Below are positions 55,844 through 64,000 of a stretch of DNA of 64,000 bases, piece after piece (the stretch's first letter is position 1; every line of letters starts with the position of its first letter). The DNA is from Bacteroidales bacterium (GTDB lineage: Bacteria; Bacteroidota; Bacteroidia; Bacteroidales; F082): assembly GCA_016284305.1 (NCBI GenBank), contig JAEEON010000036.1:30735-94734 (forward strand), written 5' to 3'. The notes beneath the pieces were generated by a model. It made no database searches, had not been told where the DNA came from, and saw nothing but the letters and a program-made list of their open reading frames with translations. The translations under genes and the position numbers were made by a program.

Positions 55844-56590
55844 CTACTCATAGTGTCTAACCCTAACCTCAACTCCCTCTTCCTTTAAACGAGGAGCAAG
55901 TTCGCTCAAGTCAGTATCGGAATAATGGTAAGGGAAGAGCACTTTGGGTTTGATGATCTTGGCGGCTTTCACACATTGGTCAACCGTCATGGTGTAAGGT
56001 TGGTTGCAAGGCAAGAAGGCGATGTCGATGTCCTTGATGTCGGCCATCTCGGGAATGTCTTCGGTATCGCCGGCAACATATATCCTCAAGCCATCGATGG
56101 TGAGGATATAGCCGTTGTCACGTCCTTTGGGATGGAATTGTAGATGTCCCTCGGTGGTGTTGTAGGCAGGAACGGCCTCGACGCTAAGCCAGTCGTTAAG
56201 GTCTGCCTTCTCGCCATTGACCATGATTTTGCCGTAGCCCAACATGTCTCCACAACGTTGGTTGGTGACCAGTTGGGTCCCTTCTTTGGTGAGAAGGCCG
56301 ATGGCGTTTTTATCGAAGTGGTCAAAATGTTCGTGAGTCACAAAGATATAGTCAGCCTTGGGAAGAGCAGTGTAGTCGATGGTGCGGTTGCCGAGTTTGC
56401 CCGTGGGGTCGATCTCGATCTCCTTGCCGTCGAACTCAATCCGGATACAAGCGTGCATCAAGGCATGGAATTTGACACATTTACCACTTTTGGTCGTGAA
56501 GGTATCCGTCTCGTATGTCTCTGACGCAGGCTGTTGGTTGCATGACATCAGGCTGAACACGAGCGGGAGTAGGAGGGCGGTCTTTGTCAT
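55844..56590 (-). CDS. MBL-fold metallo-hydrolase, lipoprotein
   Basis: Lipobox VFSLMSC. HEHFDH (HxHxDH) metal-binding motif. Confidence 0.85.
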   Translation of the reverse strand: MTKTALLLPLVFSLMSCNQQPASETYETDTFTTKSGKCVKFHALMHACIRIEFDGKEIEIDPTGKLGNRTIDYTALPKADYIFVTHEHFDHFDKNAIGLLTKEGTQLVTNQRCGDMLGYGKIMVNGEKADLNDWLSVEAVPAYNTTEGHLQFHPKGRDNGYILTIDGLRIYVAGDTEDIPEMADIKDIDIAFLPCNQPYTMTVDQCVKAAKIIKPKVLFPYHYSDTDLSELAPRLKEEGVEVRVRHYE

Positions 56591-56602
56591 CGTCTCAGGT
56601 TT

Positions 56603-59548
56603 TTAATATCCAAATATCTCTTCCGTGCTGACGCGGCGAATCGGTCCAAATTGCTGTATGGACTGCATGTCGAGATCTTTCTCGTTGCCGAGGATGACAT
56701 AACGATAGGGCTTCTTGGCCATCTGTGCCTGCTCGAAGTCGATGATGTCTTTCAGCGTGACGTTGGGAAGGGCGTTATAGATGCGTTCGTTGATGTCGTA
56801 GTCGATGCCTCTCTGTTGGGCGGTGAGCCAGGCGTTGATCAAACCGAACTTGGTGGTGCGCTGACTGGCCAAGCGTTTGGTGAGGGCTTCTTTAGCGATG
56901 CCGAAGGCCTTCTCGCTTTCCGGAATCTCGTCCAAAATCTCATGGAAATGCGTCACGCAGTCCATCATCTTGTCGTTTTGGGTGATGATATGGGTGAAGA
57001 AATACTCCGGTTGGCCTTTGTAATAGGGCTCCATGTAGGCAGCATAGGCATTGTAAGCCAAACCGCGAGCCTCACGCATCTCTTGGAACACGATGGTATT
57101 CATGCCACCGCCATAGTACTCGTTGAAGAGGGCCTTGACAGCAGCCTCGTCGGGGTTCCATGGGCGTTGTTCGTTGTGAATCATGCGCATGTAGATGTTC
57201 TTGGCATCGTAAGGAGCGATGAGGATTTCGTTCTCAGGTGTGGGCTGCAAGGTGTAATGTTTTCCTTCGAGGGCAGGGATGAACTCGCCGTCCGTATGAT
57301 GGTTTTCAGTGACAGCCTTGGCCATCTCTTGTTCTGTCATCGGTCCATAATAAAGGATGGAATGCTCGTATTTGGAGAGACCCTTCAACAGGTCGAGGAG
57401 AACTTGGGGATCTTGCTGCTGAAGCTGTTCAACGGAAAGGATGTTGCGTGTGGAGTTATAAGGTCCATAGAGGCCGTATTGCACAAGGGCGTTGAAGTTG
57501 CGGTTTTGGTTGAGTTTGGCGTTGAAGCGCGACTGAGCCACCATTTGGACGTACATCATCCAGGCGTCTTTATCGACTTGGGCGTTTTGAAGGACGTCTT
57601 CGAGCAAGGCCAAAGCCTCAGGCATGTTCTCGCTGAGACCAGTCAGATAGACATAGATGTTACGGTCGCTCACCGCAACGCGGTAATTGCAGGCCAGCTT
57701 GTAGAATTGTTGTTTGATCTGTTCGTTACTGAGTTTGTCAGTGCCAAGGTACTCGAGGTAGTCGGCGGCATAGTCGTATTCAAGCATCGCATCGGTGCCG
57801 AATTCATAGCGGAAGGCCAAAATGAAACGGCCGTTCTCTTTGTTTTGTACATAGATGTACGGGATCTTGGCATCGGTGTTGCCAAAAGTAAGGTCTTTCT
57901 GGAAATCGACAAAGCGAGGTTGGATAGGCTCCACTTCGGTGTTTTGTACTTCCTCCACAAAGGCGCTTACCATGTCGCGGTTAGTCGGAATAGGGGTGAT
58001 GGCAGGTTTGTCGATCTTCTTTTGGTTCTCATCTACACCTTGGCGTTTGTAGATTACCACGTAGTTGTTGTTGAGATGACGGTTGGCGAAGTCAACAATC
58101 TGTTCTTTGGTCATGTTGGAAATGCGATCGAGATGGCCAACTTCTTGTTCCCAAGGTATTTCGTTGATATATCGTTCAACGAACAAATTGGCGCGTGCTT
58201 GGTTGCTTTCAAGCATGTTGTAGTAGTTGAGTTTGGCATTGTTGATAACCGATGGCAGAAGGTCGTCTGAGAAGTCGCCTCTCTTCAGTTTCTCGATTTC
58301 TTCAAGGAGCAGGTCCTTGGCTTCTTCGAGGGTCTGACCCTCTCTCGGGGTGCCGCCCAAAATGAAGCAGCTATAGTCGCGCATGGCTTGATATCCGCCC
58401 CAAGCACCCAACATCTTCATCTGTTGGTTGATGTCGAGGTCGATGAGGCCTGCGGTTCCGTTGCTCAGCATCTCACCGATGATCTCAAGGGTATCGGCTT
58501 GCAGGGAGTTGCCTCTGTCGAAGCGCCATCCGATGCAGAGGTTTTCAGCTTCAAGGCCATAGACAGAGGTGTCGCGAGGTGAGGTGATGGGAGCCATGGG
58601 AGCGAACTCGGGTTGTTTCACGTCCTCACCGGGTTCCCAAGCGCCGAAATACTTGTCGATGATGGCAATGACCTTGTCGGGATCAAAGTCGCCCGCCATG
58701 CAGATGGCCACGTTGTTCGGGCGATACCATTTGTTGAAATAGTTCTTGATGTTGGTGATGGAGGGGTTCTTCAGATGTTCCTGCGTTCCGATGGTAGTCT
58801 GAGTTCCATAGGGATGGTTGGGGAAGAGCATGGCGTAGAGTGATTCCCAGACTTTACGGCTGTCCTGGGCGATGCCGATGTTGTATTCCTCGTAAACAGC
58901 CTCAAGTTCAGTGTGGAAGCCACGGATGACCATGTTCTGGAAGCGGTCTGCTTGAATCTTGGCCCAGTTCTCCACCTCGTTCGAAGGGATGTCCTCGGTG
59001 TAGCAGGTCACGTCCTCGGAAGTGTAGGCATTGGTGCCCTCTGCGCCGATGGTTGACATGAGTTTGTCGTACTCGTTAGGGATGAAATATTGTGCAGCCA
59101 GTTGGCTCACAGAGTCGATTTCATGATAGGCGATGCGACGTTCCTCAGGATCGGTGAGGGTACGATATTTCTCGTACCTGGCCTCAATCTCATCCAACAG
59201 GGGTTTCTCGGCAGCGGCATCGTTGGTGCCAAACTGTTGCGTTCCTTTGAACATCAGGTGTTCCAGGTAGTGAGCCAGACCGGTGGTCTCAGCAGGATCG
59301 TTCTTCGATCCCGTGCGAACGGCAATGTAAGTCTGGATACGGGGCTCTTCCTTGTTGACACTCAGAAAAACTTTCAACCCGTTTTTAAGAGTATAGATTC
59401 GCGCTTCGGTGAGATCACCTTTCACGGTCTCATACTGGTATTTGTTTTGTTGTTTTTTGCACGATGTGAAAAGGGTGCACTGTAACAGCATCAGAGCTAA
59501 GACAATGGAGAGCACTGTGCTGAGATGAAGATGTTTGTTGTTTTTCAT
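56603..59548 (-). CDS. M16 family (insulinase/pitrilysin-like) zinc peptidase, lipoprotein
   Basis: Inverted zinc motif HYLEHLMFKGT (HxxEH). 981 aa two-half architecture. Lipobox LFTSC. Confidence 0.85.
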   Translation of the reverse strand: MKNNKHLHLSTVLSIVLALMLLQCTLFTSCKKQQNKYQYETVKGDLTEARIYTLKNGLKVFLSVNKEEPRIQTYIAVRTGSKNDPAETTGLAHYLEHLMFKGTQQFGTNDAAAEKPLLDEIEARYEKYRTLTDPEERRIAYHEIDSVSQLAAQYFIPNEYDKLMSTIGAEGTNAYTSEDVTCYTEDIPSNEVENWAKIQADRFQNMVIRGFHTELEAVYEEYNIGIAQDSRKVWESLYAMLFPNHPYGTQTTIGTQEHLKNPSITNIKNYFNKWYRPNNVAICMAGDFDPDKVIAIIDKYFGAWEPGEDVKQPEFAPMAPITSPRDTSVYGLEAENLCIGWRFDRGNSLQADTLEIIGEMLSNGTAGLIDLDINQQMKMLGAWGGYQAMRDYSCFILGGTPREGQTLEEAKDLLLEEIEKLKRGDFSDDLLPSVINNAKLNYYNMLESNQARANLFVERYINEIPWEQEVGHLDRISNMTKEQIVDFANRHLNNNYVVIYKRQGVDENQKKIDKPAITPIPTNRDMVSAFVEEVQNTEVEPIQPRFVDFQKDLTFGNTDAKIPYIYVQNKENGRFILAFRYEFGTDAMLEYDYAADYLEYLGTDKLSNEQIKQQFYKLACNYRVAVSDRNIYVYLTGLSENMPEALALLEDVLQNAQVDKDAWMMYVQMVAQSRFNAKLNQNRNFNALVQYGLYGPYNSTRNILSVEQLQQQDPQVLLDLLKGLSKYEHSILYYGPMTEQEMAKAVTENHHTDGEFIPALEGKHYTLQPTPENEILIAPYDAKNIYMRMIHNEQRPWNPDEAAVKALFNEYYGGGMNTIVFQEMREARGLAYNAYAAYMEPYYKGQPEYFFTHIITQNDKMMDCVTHFHEILDEIPESEKAFGIAKEALTKRLASQRTTKFGLINAWLTAQQRGIDYDINERIYNALPNVTLKDIIDFEQAQMAKKPYRYVILGNEKDLDMQSIQQFGPIRRVSTEEIFGY

Positions 59549-59583
59549 TTAATGATGATATTAAGTTGATTGTTTGTTACTTA

Positions 59584-59985
59584 TCAAAGGTATTTTGAAA
59601 ACAAGGCGGCAATTTCATCGCCACGGGTCAGGCGCCCATGGACCATGCATACGGTAGAGACGGTGGCTGAGACACACAGTTTCATGTCTTCCTTGCGATA
59701 AATGTCTTGGTCAAAAATGAAACGTGCGCCTTCGCGGCGAAGGTTGAGGCAGGAGAGGAAGGTCTCCTGGCCATGGAGGGGAGTCTTGTATTTTAAAGTG
59801 ATCTCAGAGACCACCATGTCGATGCCCTCGTCATGCCACTTCCTGAAGGAGAAACCTTCCTGTTGTAGCCATTTGTGACGTGTGGCTTCCAGATAATGTT
59901 GGTAGTCGGCATTGTTGACAATGCCCTGTATGTCACACTCGTAGTCGCGAGTCTCCATCTCGATGGAGTAGAGGTAATCTTTCAT
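59584..59985 (-). CDS. Acyl-CoA thioesterase, 4HBT/YbgC-like hotdog fold
   Basis: YECDIQGIVNNADYQHYLEATRHKWL matches the D..G.V.N..Y catalytic region. 133 aa. Confidence 0.8.
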   Translation of the reverse strand: MKDYLYSIEMETRDYECDIQGIVNNADYQHYLEATRHKWLQQEGFSFRKWHDEGIDMVVSEITLKYKTPLHGQETFLSCLNLRREGARFIFDQDIYRKEDMKLCVSATVSTVCMVHGRLTRGDEIAALFSKYL

Positions 59986-60030
59986 CTTATTAAATAAAGT
60001 GCAAAATTACGTTTTTTTATGTTTTTTTAT

Positions 60031-60038
60031 TAGTTTTG
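60031..60038 (+). promoter_or_regulatory. -7 promoter box TAGTTTTG for the lipoprotein gene at 60078
   Basis: Exact TAnnTTTG, 39 nt upstream of the ATG. Confidence 0.4.
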
Positions 60039-60077
60039 CACACAACAATTTGTCTAACTTTCTAAAATGTATCAATT

Positions 60078-60914
60078 ATGAACAAATCAAATCTTTTGGT
60101 TATCGGTTTAGTGACGATGATGTTCCTTGGTTTCAGCTCTTGTGGCAATGGTGATTCTGCAGCCAAGCTCATCAAAGCCATCGCAGATTCAGGTGTCCTT
60201 AATAAAGACGAAGGAAACAATGCTGATCCCAGTAGCACCTTGATTAGCGAGACTCCTCAGGCAAGTCAAGTCAATGGCAATACCATGACCTATGGCGACC
60301 ACACTTACACGGTGAGCGGTTACATTGGCGACAAGCCAGGCGAGGTCATCGGCTACCGTGGAACACCTACGGCTGTGGTCACCTTCACGAATGTTCCTTC
60401 CGGTTTCGAGGAGTTTTCCGCGGTTTACTCCGGACTGCTTGGCAAGTCCGTCCAAGGTACGGCAGCCATGATCCCTATGGCACTTGAGATCTATGCTCGC
60501 GACAAGTCGGTTGGCCTTCGTTGCCTCAATCTCCTTTGCAACAGTGGTTCTACGGTCAATGGTATCACCCGTATCCTTGATACCAAACTCGTCCCGTCGC
60601 AATATGCCGGTCCGGACGATCCGTATCTGCAACGTTATATGGCTGCTGCCTTGCTCAAGGGCGCTACTGCCGACAATGCCTACAAGCCCGTCGAACCTTA
60701 CACTGTCGAGATGTGCGCTTCAGCCAACAAGCCACAACAAGTCACTGGAGGTACCGACACCTTTGTTTACATCCTGGCTAAAGGTTGGGATACGGAACAA
60801 CGTCAGGTGGAAATATTCCAACCCAATGGCAGCGAGCTTTACAAAGTGTATAATTGTCCTTCCTGCTACACGCAGTGCAAGACCATCATTGGTACTTGGG
60901 GAGGCCTGAAATAA
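60078..60914 (+). CDS. Lipoprotein, unknown function
   Basis: Lipobox LGFSSC followed by GNGDS. 278 aa. No recognisable motif. Confidence 0.6.
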   Translation: MNKSNLLVIGLVTMMFLGFSSCGNGDSAAKLIKAIADSGVLNKDEGNNADPSSTLISETPQASQVNGNTMTYGDHTYTVSGYIGDKPGEVIGYRGTPTAVVTFTNVPSGFEEFSAVYSGLLGKSVQGTAAMIPMALEIYARDKSVGLRCLNLLCNSGSTVNGITRILDTKLVPSQYAGPDDPYLQRYMAAALLKGATADNAYKPVEPYTVEMCASANKPQQVTGGTDTFVYILAKGWDTEQRQVEIFQPNGSELYKVYNCPSCYTQCKTIIGTWGGLK

Positions 60915-60919
60915 TCTCT

Positions 60920-61399
60920 TTAATAGACTGATTTGTCTTCCTTTTCTTTCCAGAGCTTGAACGATTGTTTGGCCTCGCGCTTGAGCACTGGGATGAAAGG
61001 GATGCTCCGATCGCTAATCGGTTTGTCGATTTCTTTATAAATAAAGTCATCGTCAAAGTCGATTGCTGAGGCGTCGTTTCTGTTGTTGCCATAAAAAACC
61101 TTGGAGAGATGTGACCAATAGATGGCACCAAGGCACATGGGGCAGGGTTCGCATGAAGTGTAAATGACGCATCCCGATAGGTCATGGGTTCCTAATTTGC
61201 GACATGCCAGGCGGATGGTGTTTACCTCTGCATGAGCTGTTGGGTCTTGGTCGATGGTCACACTGTTGGAACTTTTGGCGATGATCTCTCCGTCTTTGAC
61301 GATGACTGCCCCAAAAGGCCCACCACCTTGTTTCACGCTCTCGTTTGCCAAACGGATGGCTTCGCGCATGAATTCCTTATCTTGTTCGGTAGCTTTCAT
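60920..61399 (-). CDS. CMP/dCMP-type zinc deaminase (guanine deaminase/nucleoside deaminase-like)
   Basis: HAEVNTI (H[AC]E) and CEPCPMC (PCxxC) zinc-binding motifs. 159 aa. Confidence 0.85.
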   Translation of the reverse strand: MKATEQDKEFMREAIRLANESVKQGGGPFGAVIVKDGEIIAKSSNSVTIDQDPTAHAEVNTIRLACRKLGTHDLSGCVIYTSCEPCPMCLGAIYWSHLSKVFYGNNRNDASAIDFDDDFIYKEIDKPISDRSIPFIPVLKREAKQSFKLWKEKEDKSVY

Positions 61400-61427
61400 T
61401 ATCTATGATTTTGATGATTGCAAAAAT

Positions 61428-61460
61428 AAAAAAAAGCCCTAAACACGTAGGGCTTTTTTT
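61428..61460 (-). terminator. Rho-independent terminator downstream of tRNA-Arg
   Basis: AGCCCT (61435-61440) pairs with AGGGCT (61449-61454). Flanked by A8 on the plus strand (T8 on the minus strand) and T7 on the other side. Confidence 0.65.
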
Positions 61461-61473
61461 ATGGAATTGTTTG

Positions 61474-61547
61474 TGATCCGGTTGGGATTCGAACCCAAGA
61501 CCCACAGCTTAGAAGGCTGTTGCTCTATCCAGCTGAGCTACCAGACC
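61474..61547 (-). tRNA. tRNA-Arg (anticodon TCT)
   Basis: Hand-folded cloverleaf: acceptor GGTCTGG/CCGGATC, D-arm GCTC-AGCTGGATA-GAGC, anticodon arm ACAGC-CTTCTAA-GCTGT, T-arm TTGGG-TTCGAAT-CCCAA, discriminator A. 74 nt; CCA not encoded. Confidence 0.9.
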
Positions 61548-61562
61548 ATCTCTTTTGCGCTG

Positions 61563-61570
61563 CAAAGATA
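61563..61570 (-). promoter_or_regulatory. -7 promoter box (TATCTTTG on minus strand) for tRNA-Arg
   Basis: Plus-strand CAAAGATA, 15 nt upstream of the mature tRNA 5' end. Confidence 0.45.
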
Positions 61571-61608
61571 CGTATTTTTTCTTTTTGTCAAGGGTTTTTC
61601 AGGAAAAA

Positions 61609-61941
61609 TTATGCTTCTTCCGCATCAGAATGTTTCGTGAAATGCGGTCTTTGCGTGCGTTGATCCTGACGACGTGGTCTCGTGGAAATGGAATTGTCCA
61701 ACTGAGGACGTGATTTCTTCACCTGAAGAACACTGCCCTGAAAATCCATGTCATCCGTCTCCACAATGGCTCTGTATGCCTCGTCATCGTTGGGCATCTC
61801 CACAAACCCGTAACACTTTGAACGACCTGTCTCATGATCCATGATCACCTTGCAAACATCCACCTGTCCGAACTGCTCGAAATAGGTCCTTAAATCCTCC
61901 GCCCTGGTCCGAAATGCCAGTTTTGCAACAAATATTTTCAT
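61609..61941 (-). CDS. RRM-domain RNA-binding protein with basic C-terminal tail
   Basis: RNP-2-like KIFVAKLAF and RNP-1-like KCYGFVEM. C-terminal RPRRQDQRTQRP tail. 110 aa. Confidence 0.85.
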   Translation of the reverse strand: MKIFVAKLAFRTRAEDLRTYFEQFGQVDVCKVIMDHETGRSKCYGFVEMPNDDEAYRAIVETDDMDFQGSVLQVKKSRPQLDNSISTRPRRQDQRTQRPHFTKHSDAEEA

Positions 61942-61961
61942 AAAAAAACAAAATTAGGCCG

Positions 61962-61969
61962 CAAAATTA
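61962..61969 (-). promoter_or_regulatory. -7 promoter box (TAATTTTG on minus strand) for the RRM gene; a second identical box lies at 61949-61956
   Basis: Plus-strand CAAAATTA occurs twice, 13 nt apart, upstream of the ATG at 61941. Confidence 0.4.
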
Positions 61970-62069
61970 GTAAAATATTATCATATAGAACCATATTTTT
62001 AAAAAAAATTAAGAAATTGATTAAAAATCTTTTATTTACTTTGCATATGGAAAAGTTATAAAATGTATT

Positions 62070-63233
62070 ATGCAATACAATTTCGACAAAATTATTCCCC
62101 GTGAAGACACAAATTGTGTTAAATATGATCTTCGTCAAGTAGTTTTCGGCAATCCCAAGGTGCTTCCTATGTGGGTGGCTGACATGGATTTTGAGACTCC
62201 TGACTTCGCTCGTAACGCTGTGATAGCTAGAGCTGAACATCCCGTTTATGGCTATCATTTCAAAGATGAACCCTATTTTAAAGCCATCCAGGGTTGGCTG
62301 TTGCGACACCATCAATGGCAGGTTGACCTGGAATGGATGTCGTTTGTGCCTGGAGTTGTCTGTGGATTCAACATGGCGGTGATGGCCTTCACGAAAGAAG
62401 GCGACGAAATCATCATCCAGTCTCCGGTCTATCCACCTTTCCATCATGCCGCTACTGGACATAATCGCAAACTGGTTTACAACACGCTGAAAGTGGGAGA
62501 GAAGGGCTATGAGATGGACTTCGAGTTGTTGGAGTCGCAGGCGAAGACCGCCAAGATGTTGATTCTCTGCAATCCTCATAACCCCGTGGGCCGTTGCTGG
62601 ACCCACGATGAGCTCTTGCGGCTTAGTGAGATTTGCCTGCGGAACCACGTGCTGGTAATCGCTGATGAAATCCATTGTGATTTGGTTTTGCCTGGTTTCA
62701 AACATGTGCCTTACGCTACCCTGAACGAAGAGACGGCAAACCACTGCATCGTCTTCCATGCTGCCAGCAAAACGTTCAATCTTGCAGGATTGGCGACTTC
62801 CACGGCAATCATCCCGAATAAGGACATGCGCGACACCTTTAATAATTATGTGCATTCCATGGAAGCCGAGTTGGGCAACATCTTTGGCAAGGTAGCAACC
62901 CAAGCCTCGATGGAACAAGGGGACGAATGGTTGTCGCAACTGCTTGACTATGTCCAAGGCAATGTGGATTACGTTGCAGATTTCCTTGCACAAAAGCTTC
63001 CGAAGGTCCGGTTCTTCAAACCTGAAGCTACGTATATGATGTGGCTGGACTTCAATGGCTTTGGCTTGTCGGAAGAGGAGCTGTGGCTGAAGATGACCCG
63101 TGGTGCTGAACTCGGGCTGAATCGAGGCAAGGAGTTTGGACAAGAGGGTAGTGGCTTCTTCCGTATTAATCTGGCTTGCCCTCGTTCCACCGTTGAGGAA
63201 GCAATGCGCCGGCTTTATTCGGAGTTCGGCTAA
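62070..63233 (+). CDS. PatB/MalY-type PLP-dependent C-S lyase (cystathionine beta-lyase-like aminotransferase class I/II)
   Basis: MWVADMDFETP N-terminal motif, NPHNPVG, PLP Lys in AASKTFNLAGL, FFRINLACP C-terminus. Confidence 0.85.
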   Translation: MQYNFDKIIPREDTNCVKYDLRQVVFGNPKVLPMWVADMDFETPDFARNAVIARAEHPVYGYHFKDEPYFKAIQGWLLRHHQWQVDLEWMSFVPGVVCGFNMAVMAFTKEGDEIIIQSPVYPPFHHAATGHNRKLVYNTLKVGEKGYEMDFELLESQAKTAKMLILCNPHNPVGRCWTHDELLRLSEICLRNHVLVIADEIHCDLVLPGFKHVPYATLNEETANHCIVFHAASKTFNLAGLATSTAIIPNKDMRDTFNNYVHSMEAELGNIFGKVATQASMEQGDEWLSQLLDYVQGNVDYVADFLAQKLPKVRFFKPEATYMMWLDFNGFGLSEEELWLKMTRGAELGLNRGKEFGQEGSGFFRINLACPRSTVEEAMRRLYSEFG

Positions 63234-63236
63234 GGT

Positions 63237-64000
63237 TCAAAACAAGGATAGTTGCGCGTTTTCTGAGTCGGGTTTGGGCTCCGATGTCATCTCTTTGGCC
63301 GATCCAATCATGGCATAGAAGTCGGCTTCACTGATGATGGGTATGCCTAAAGACTCTGCCTTCTTTCGCTTCTCGGGTCCCATGTTGTCACCGGCAAGCA
63401 CATAATCGGTCTTTGACGAGATGGAGCTGACGTTTTTGCCTCCGTAGTCTTCAATCATCCGCTTGAGTTCATCGCGCTCGATGGAGAATTTCCCACTGAC
63501 AATGATGGATTTTCCTGACAAGACCTGCTCCTTGTTAGAGGCTTCTGCCTGGACTTTGGCAAACTGCAAGCCGGCCTGACGGAGGCGTTCCACGATGTCG
63601 AGGTTCCGCGGAGATGCAAAGAATGCCTTGATGCTTTGAGCGATGACCCCACCTACGGTGTTGATGGAACTAAGCTCTTCTTCGCTGGCATTGATGATGG
63701 CATCGATATCATGAAGCTCAGCCACAATGGTTTTGGCCACCACCTCGCCCACGTTTCGGATGCCTAAGGCGAAGAGTACCCGTTCGAAAGGCACTGATCT
63801 CGACTTTTCCAAGGCATCGATGATGTTTTGGGCCGTTTTTTCCTTGAAGCTGACTTTGCGCGTCTTGCCTGTCTCAATGCCGTCCTCGTTGAGAATGGGA
63901 ATCTCCTTGGCTAGTCCGAACAGCTTGTCGTATGTAAGAGAGTATAGGTCAGCGACATCCTTAATGAGGCCTTCGTCGTAAAGCAACTCTATCTTGCCTT
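63237..64000 (-). CDS. ligA: NAD-dependent DNA ligase, C-terminal part (HhH + BRCT); 5' end lies beyond the window
   Basis: Frame is open to the window edge. FALGIRNVGEVVAKT helix-hairpin-helix region. BRCT-like SGKSIIVSGKF...RDELKRMIEDYGGKNVSSISSKTDYVLAGDNMGPEKRKKAESLGIPIISEADF. Confidence 0.85.
   Translation of the reverse strand, partial: GKIELLYDEGLIKDVADLYSLTYDKLFGLAKEIPILNEDGIETGKTRKVSFKEKTAQNIIDALEKSRSVPFERVLFALGIRNVGEVVAKTIVAELHDIDAIINASEEELSSINTVGGVIAQSIKAFFASPRNLDIVERLRQAGLQFAKVQAEASNKEQVLSGKSIIVSGKFSIERDELKRMIEDYGGKNVSSISSKTDYVLAGDNMGPEKRKKAESLGIPIISEADFYAMIGSAKEMTSEPKPDSENAQLSLF

Noticed and set aside
56651-58270. 539-aa plus-strand ORF opposite the M16 peptidase gene.
   Set aside because: An antisense shadow ORF. 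The minus-strand frame carries HxxEH and a full two-half M16 architecture.
61474-61547. tRNA-Arg as an integration site for a genomic island or prophage.
   Set aside because: No integrase, no att-like direct repeat of the tRNA 3' end and no phage genes on either side. The flanking genes are ordinary housekeeping genes.
62020-62045. -7 promoter box for the PatB-like gene (TTTACTTTG region).
   Set aside because: The sequence reads TACTTTG, one T short of TAnnTTTG, so it is not an exact match and was not listed as a feature.
61938-63143. 401-aa minus-strand ORF covering most of the PatB-like gene.
   Set aside because: The plus-strand frame has unmistakable PLP C-S lyase motifs (NPHNPVG, SKTFNLAG). 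The antisense product has no motifs. Its listed start also runs into the RRM gene region.

Overview
The window looks like a Bacteroidota (probably Bacteroidales/Prevotellaceae-like) chromosome segment. Support: eight TAnnTTTG -7 promoter boxes at sensible distances from gene starts, many lipobox signal peptides, no obvious Shine-Dalgarno dependence, and typical gene content (GH97, C69 dipeptidase, M16 peptidase, RRM protein).

Nt 1 to about 33.3 kb is one long, tightly packed plus-strand surface-polysaccharide (capsule/O-antigen-type) locus.
- It opens with a self-contained type-II-FAS-like acyl-ACP cassette: AMP-ligase, 2 ACPs, 2 KASIII, FabD, 2 SDRs and a NeuD-type acyltransferase.
- An AT-rich variable block follows: acyltransferase-3, three ATP-grasp ligases, two GNATs, LicD, a Wzy-like polymerase, GT4 glycosyltransferases, an AAC(3)-fold enzyme, a surface lipoprotein, a secreted beta-helix protein and a phosphoglycosyl transferase.
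- It ends in a more GC-rich block: a WbuB-like GT, gmd, fcl, two DegT aminotransferases, an unusual cytidylyltransferase-GHMP-kinase fusion, fucP and a RhaM-type mutarotase.

The rest of the window, in order:
- a DUF3298-like lipoprotein and a second small phosphoglycosyl transferase;
- a 2570-aa cyclic beta-1,2-glucan-synthase-like giant (GT84 + cyclase + GH94);
- a repeat-rich intergenic region;
- a Zn/Cd-type P1B ATPase translationally overlapped with a radical SAM/SPASM gene;
- a minus-strand housekeeping string: PhzF, C69 dipeptidase, GH97, SDR, an orphan, ogt, tcdA;
- a VanX-like dipeptidase, an MBL hydrolase, an M16 peptidase, a thioesterase and a deaminase;
- tRNA-Arg(TCT), an RRM protein, a PatB-like lyase and the 3' part of ligA.

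The most interesting signals are:
- the FAS-like sugar-acylation cassette;
- the ATP-grasp/GNAT decoration modules;
- the non-Fkp fucose-salvage-like fusion operon;
- the Cgs-like giant;
- a family of degenerate 7-nt tandem repeats (NNTGARA / TYTCANN) found both in intergenic DNA and in frame inside two unrelated genes, where it gives identical heptapeptides.

I saw no CRISPR array, rRNA, transposase or integrase.
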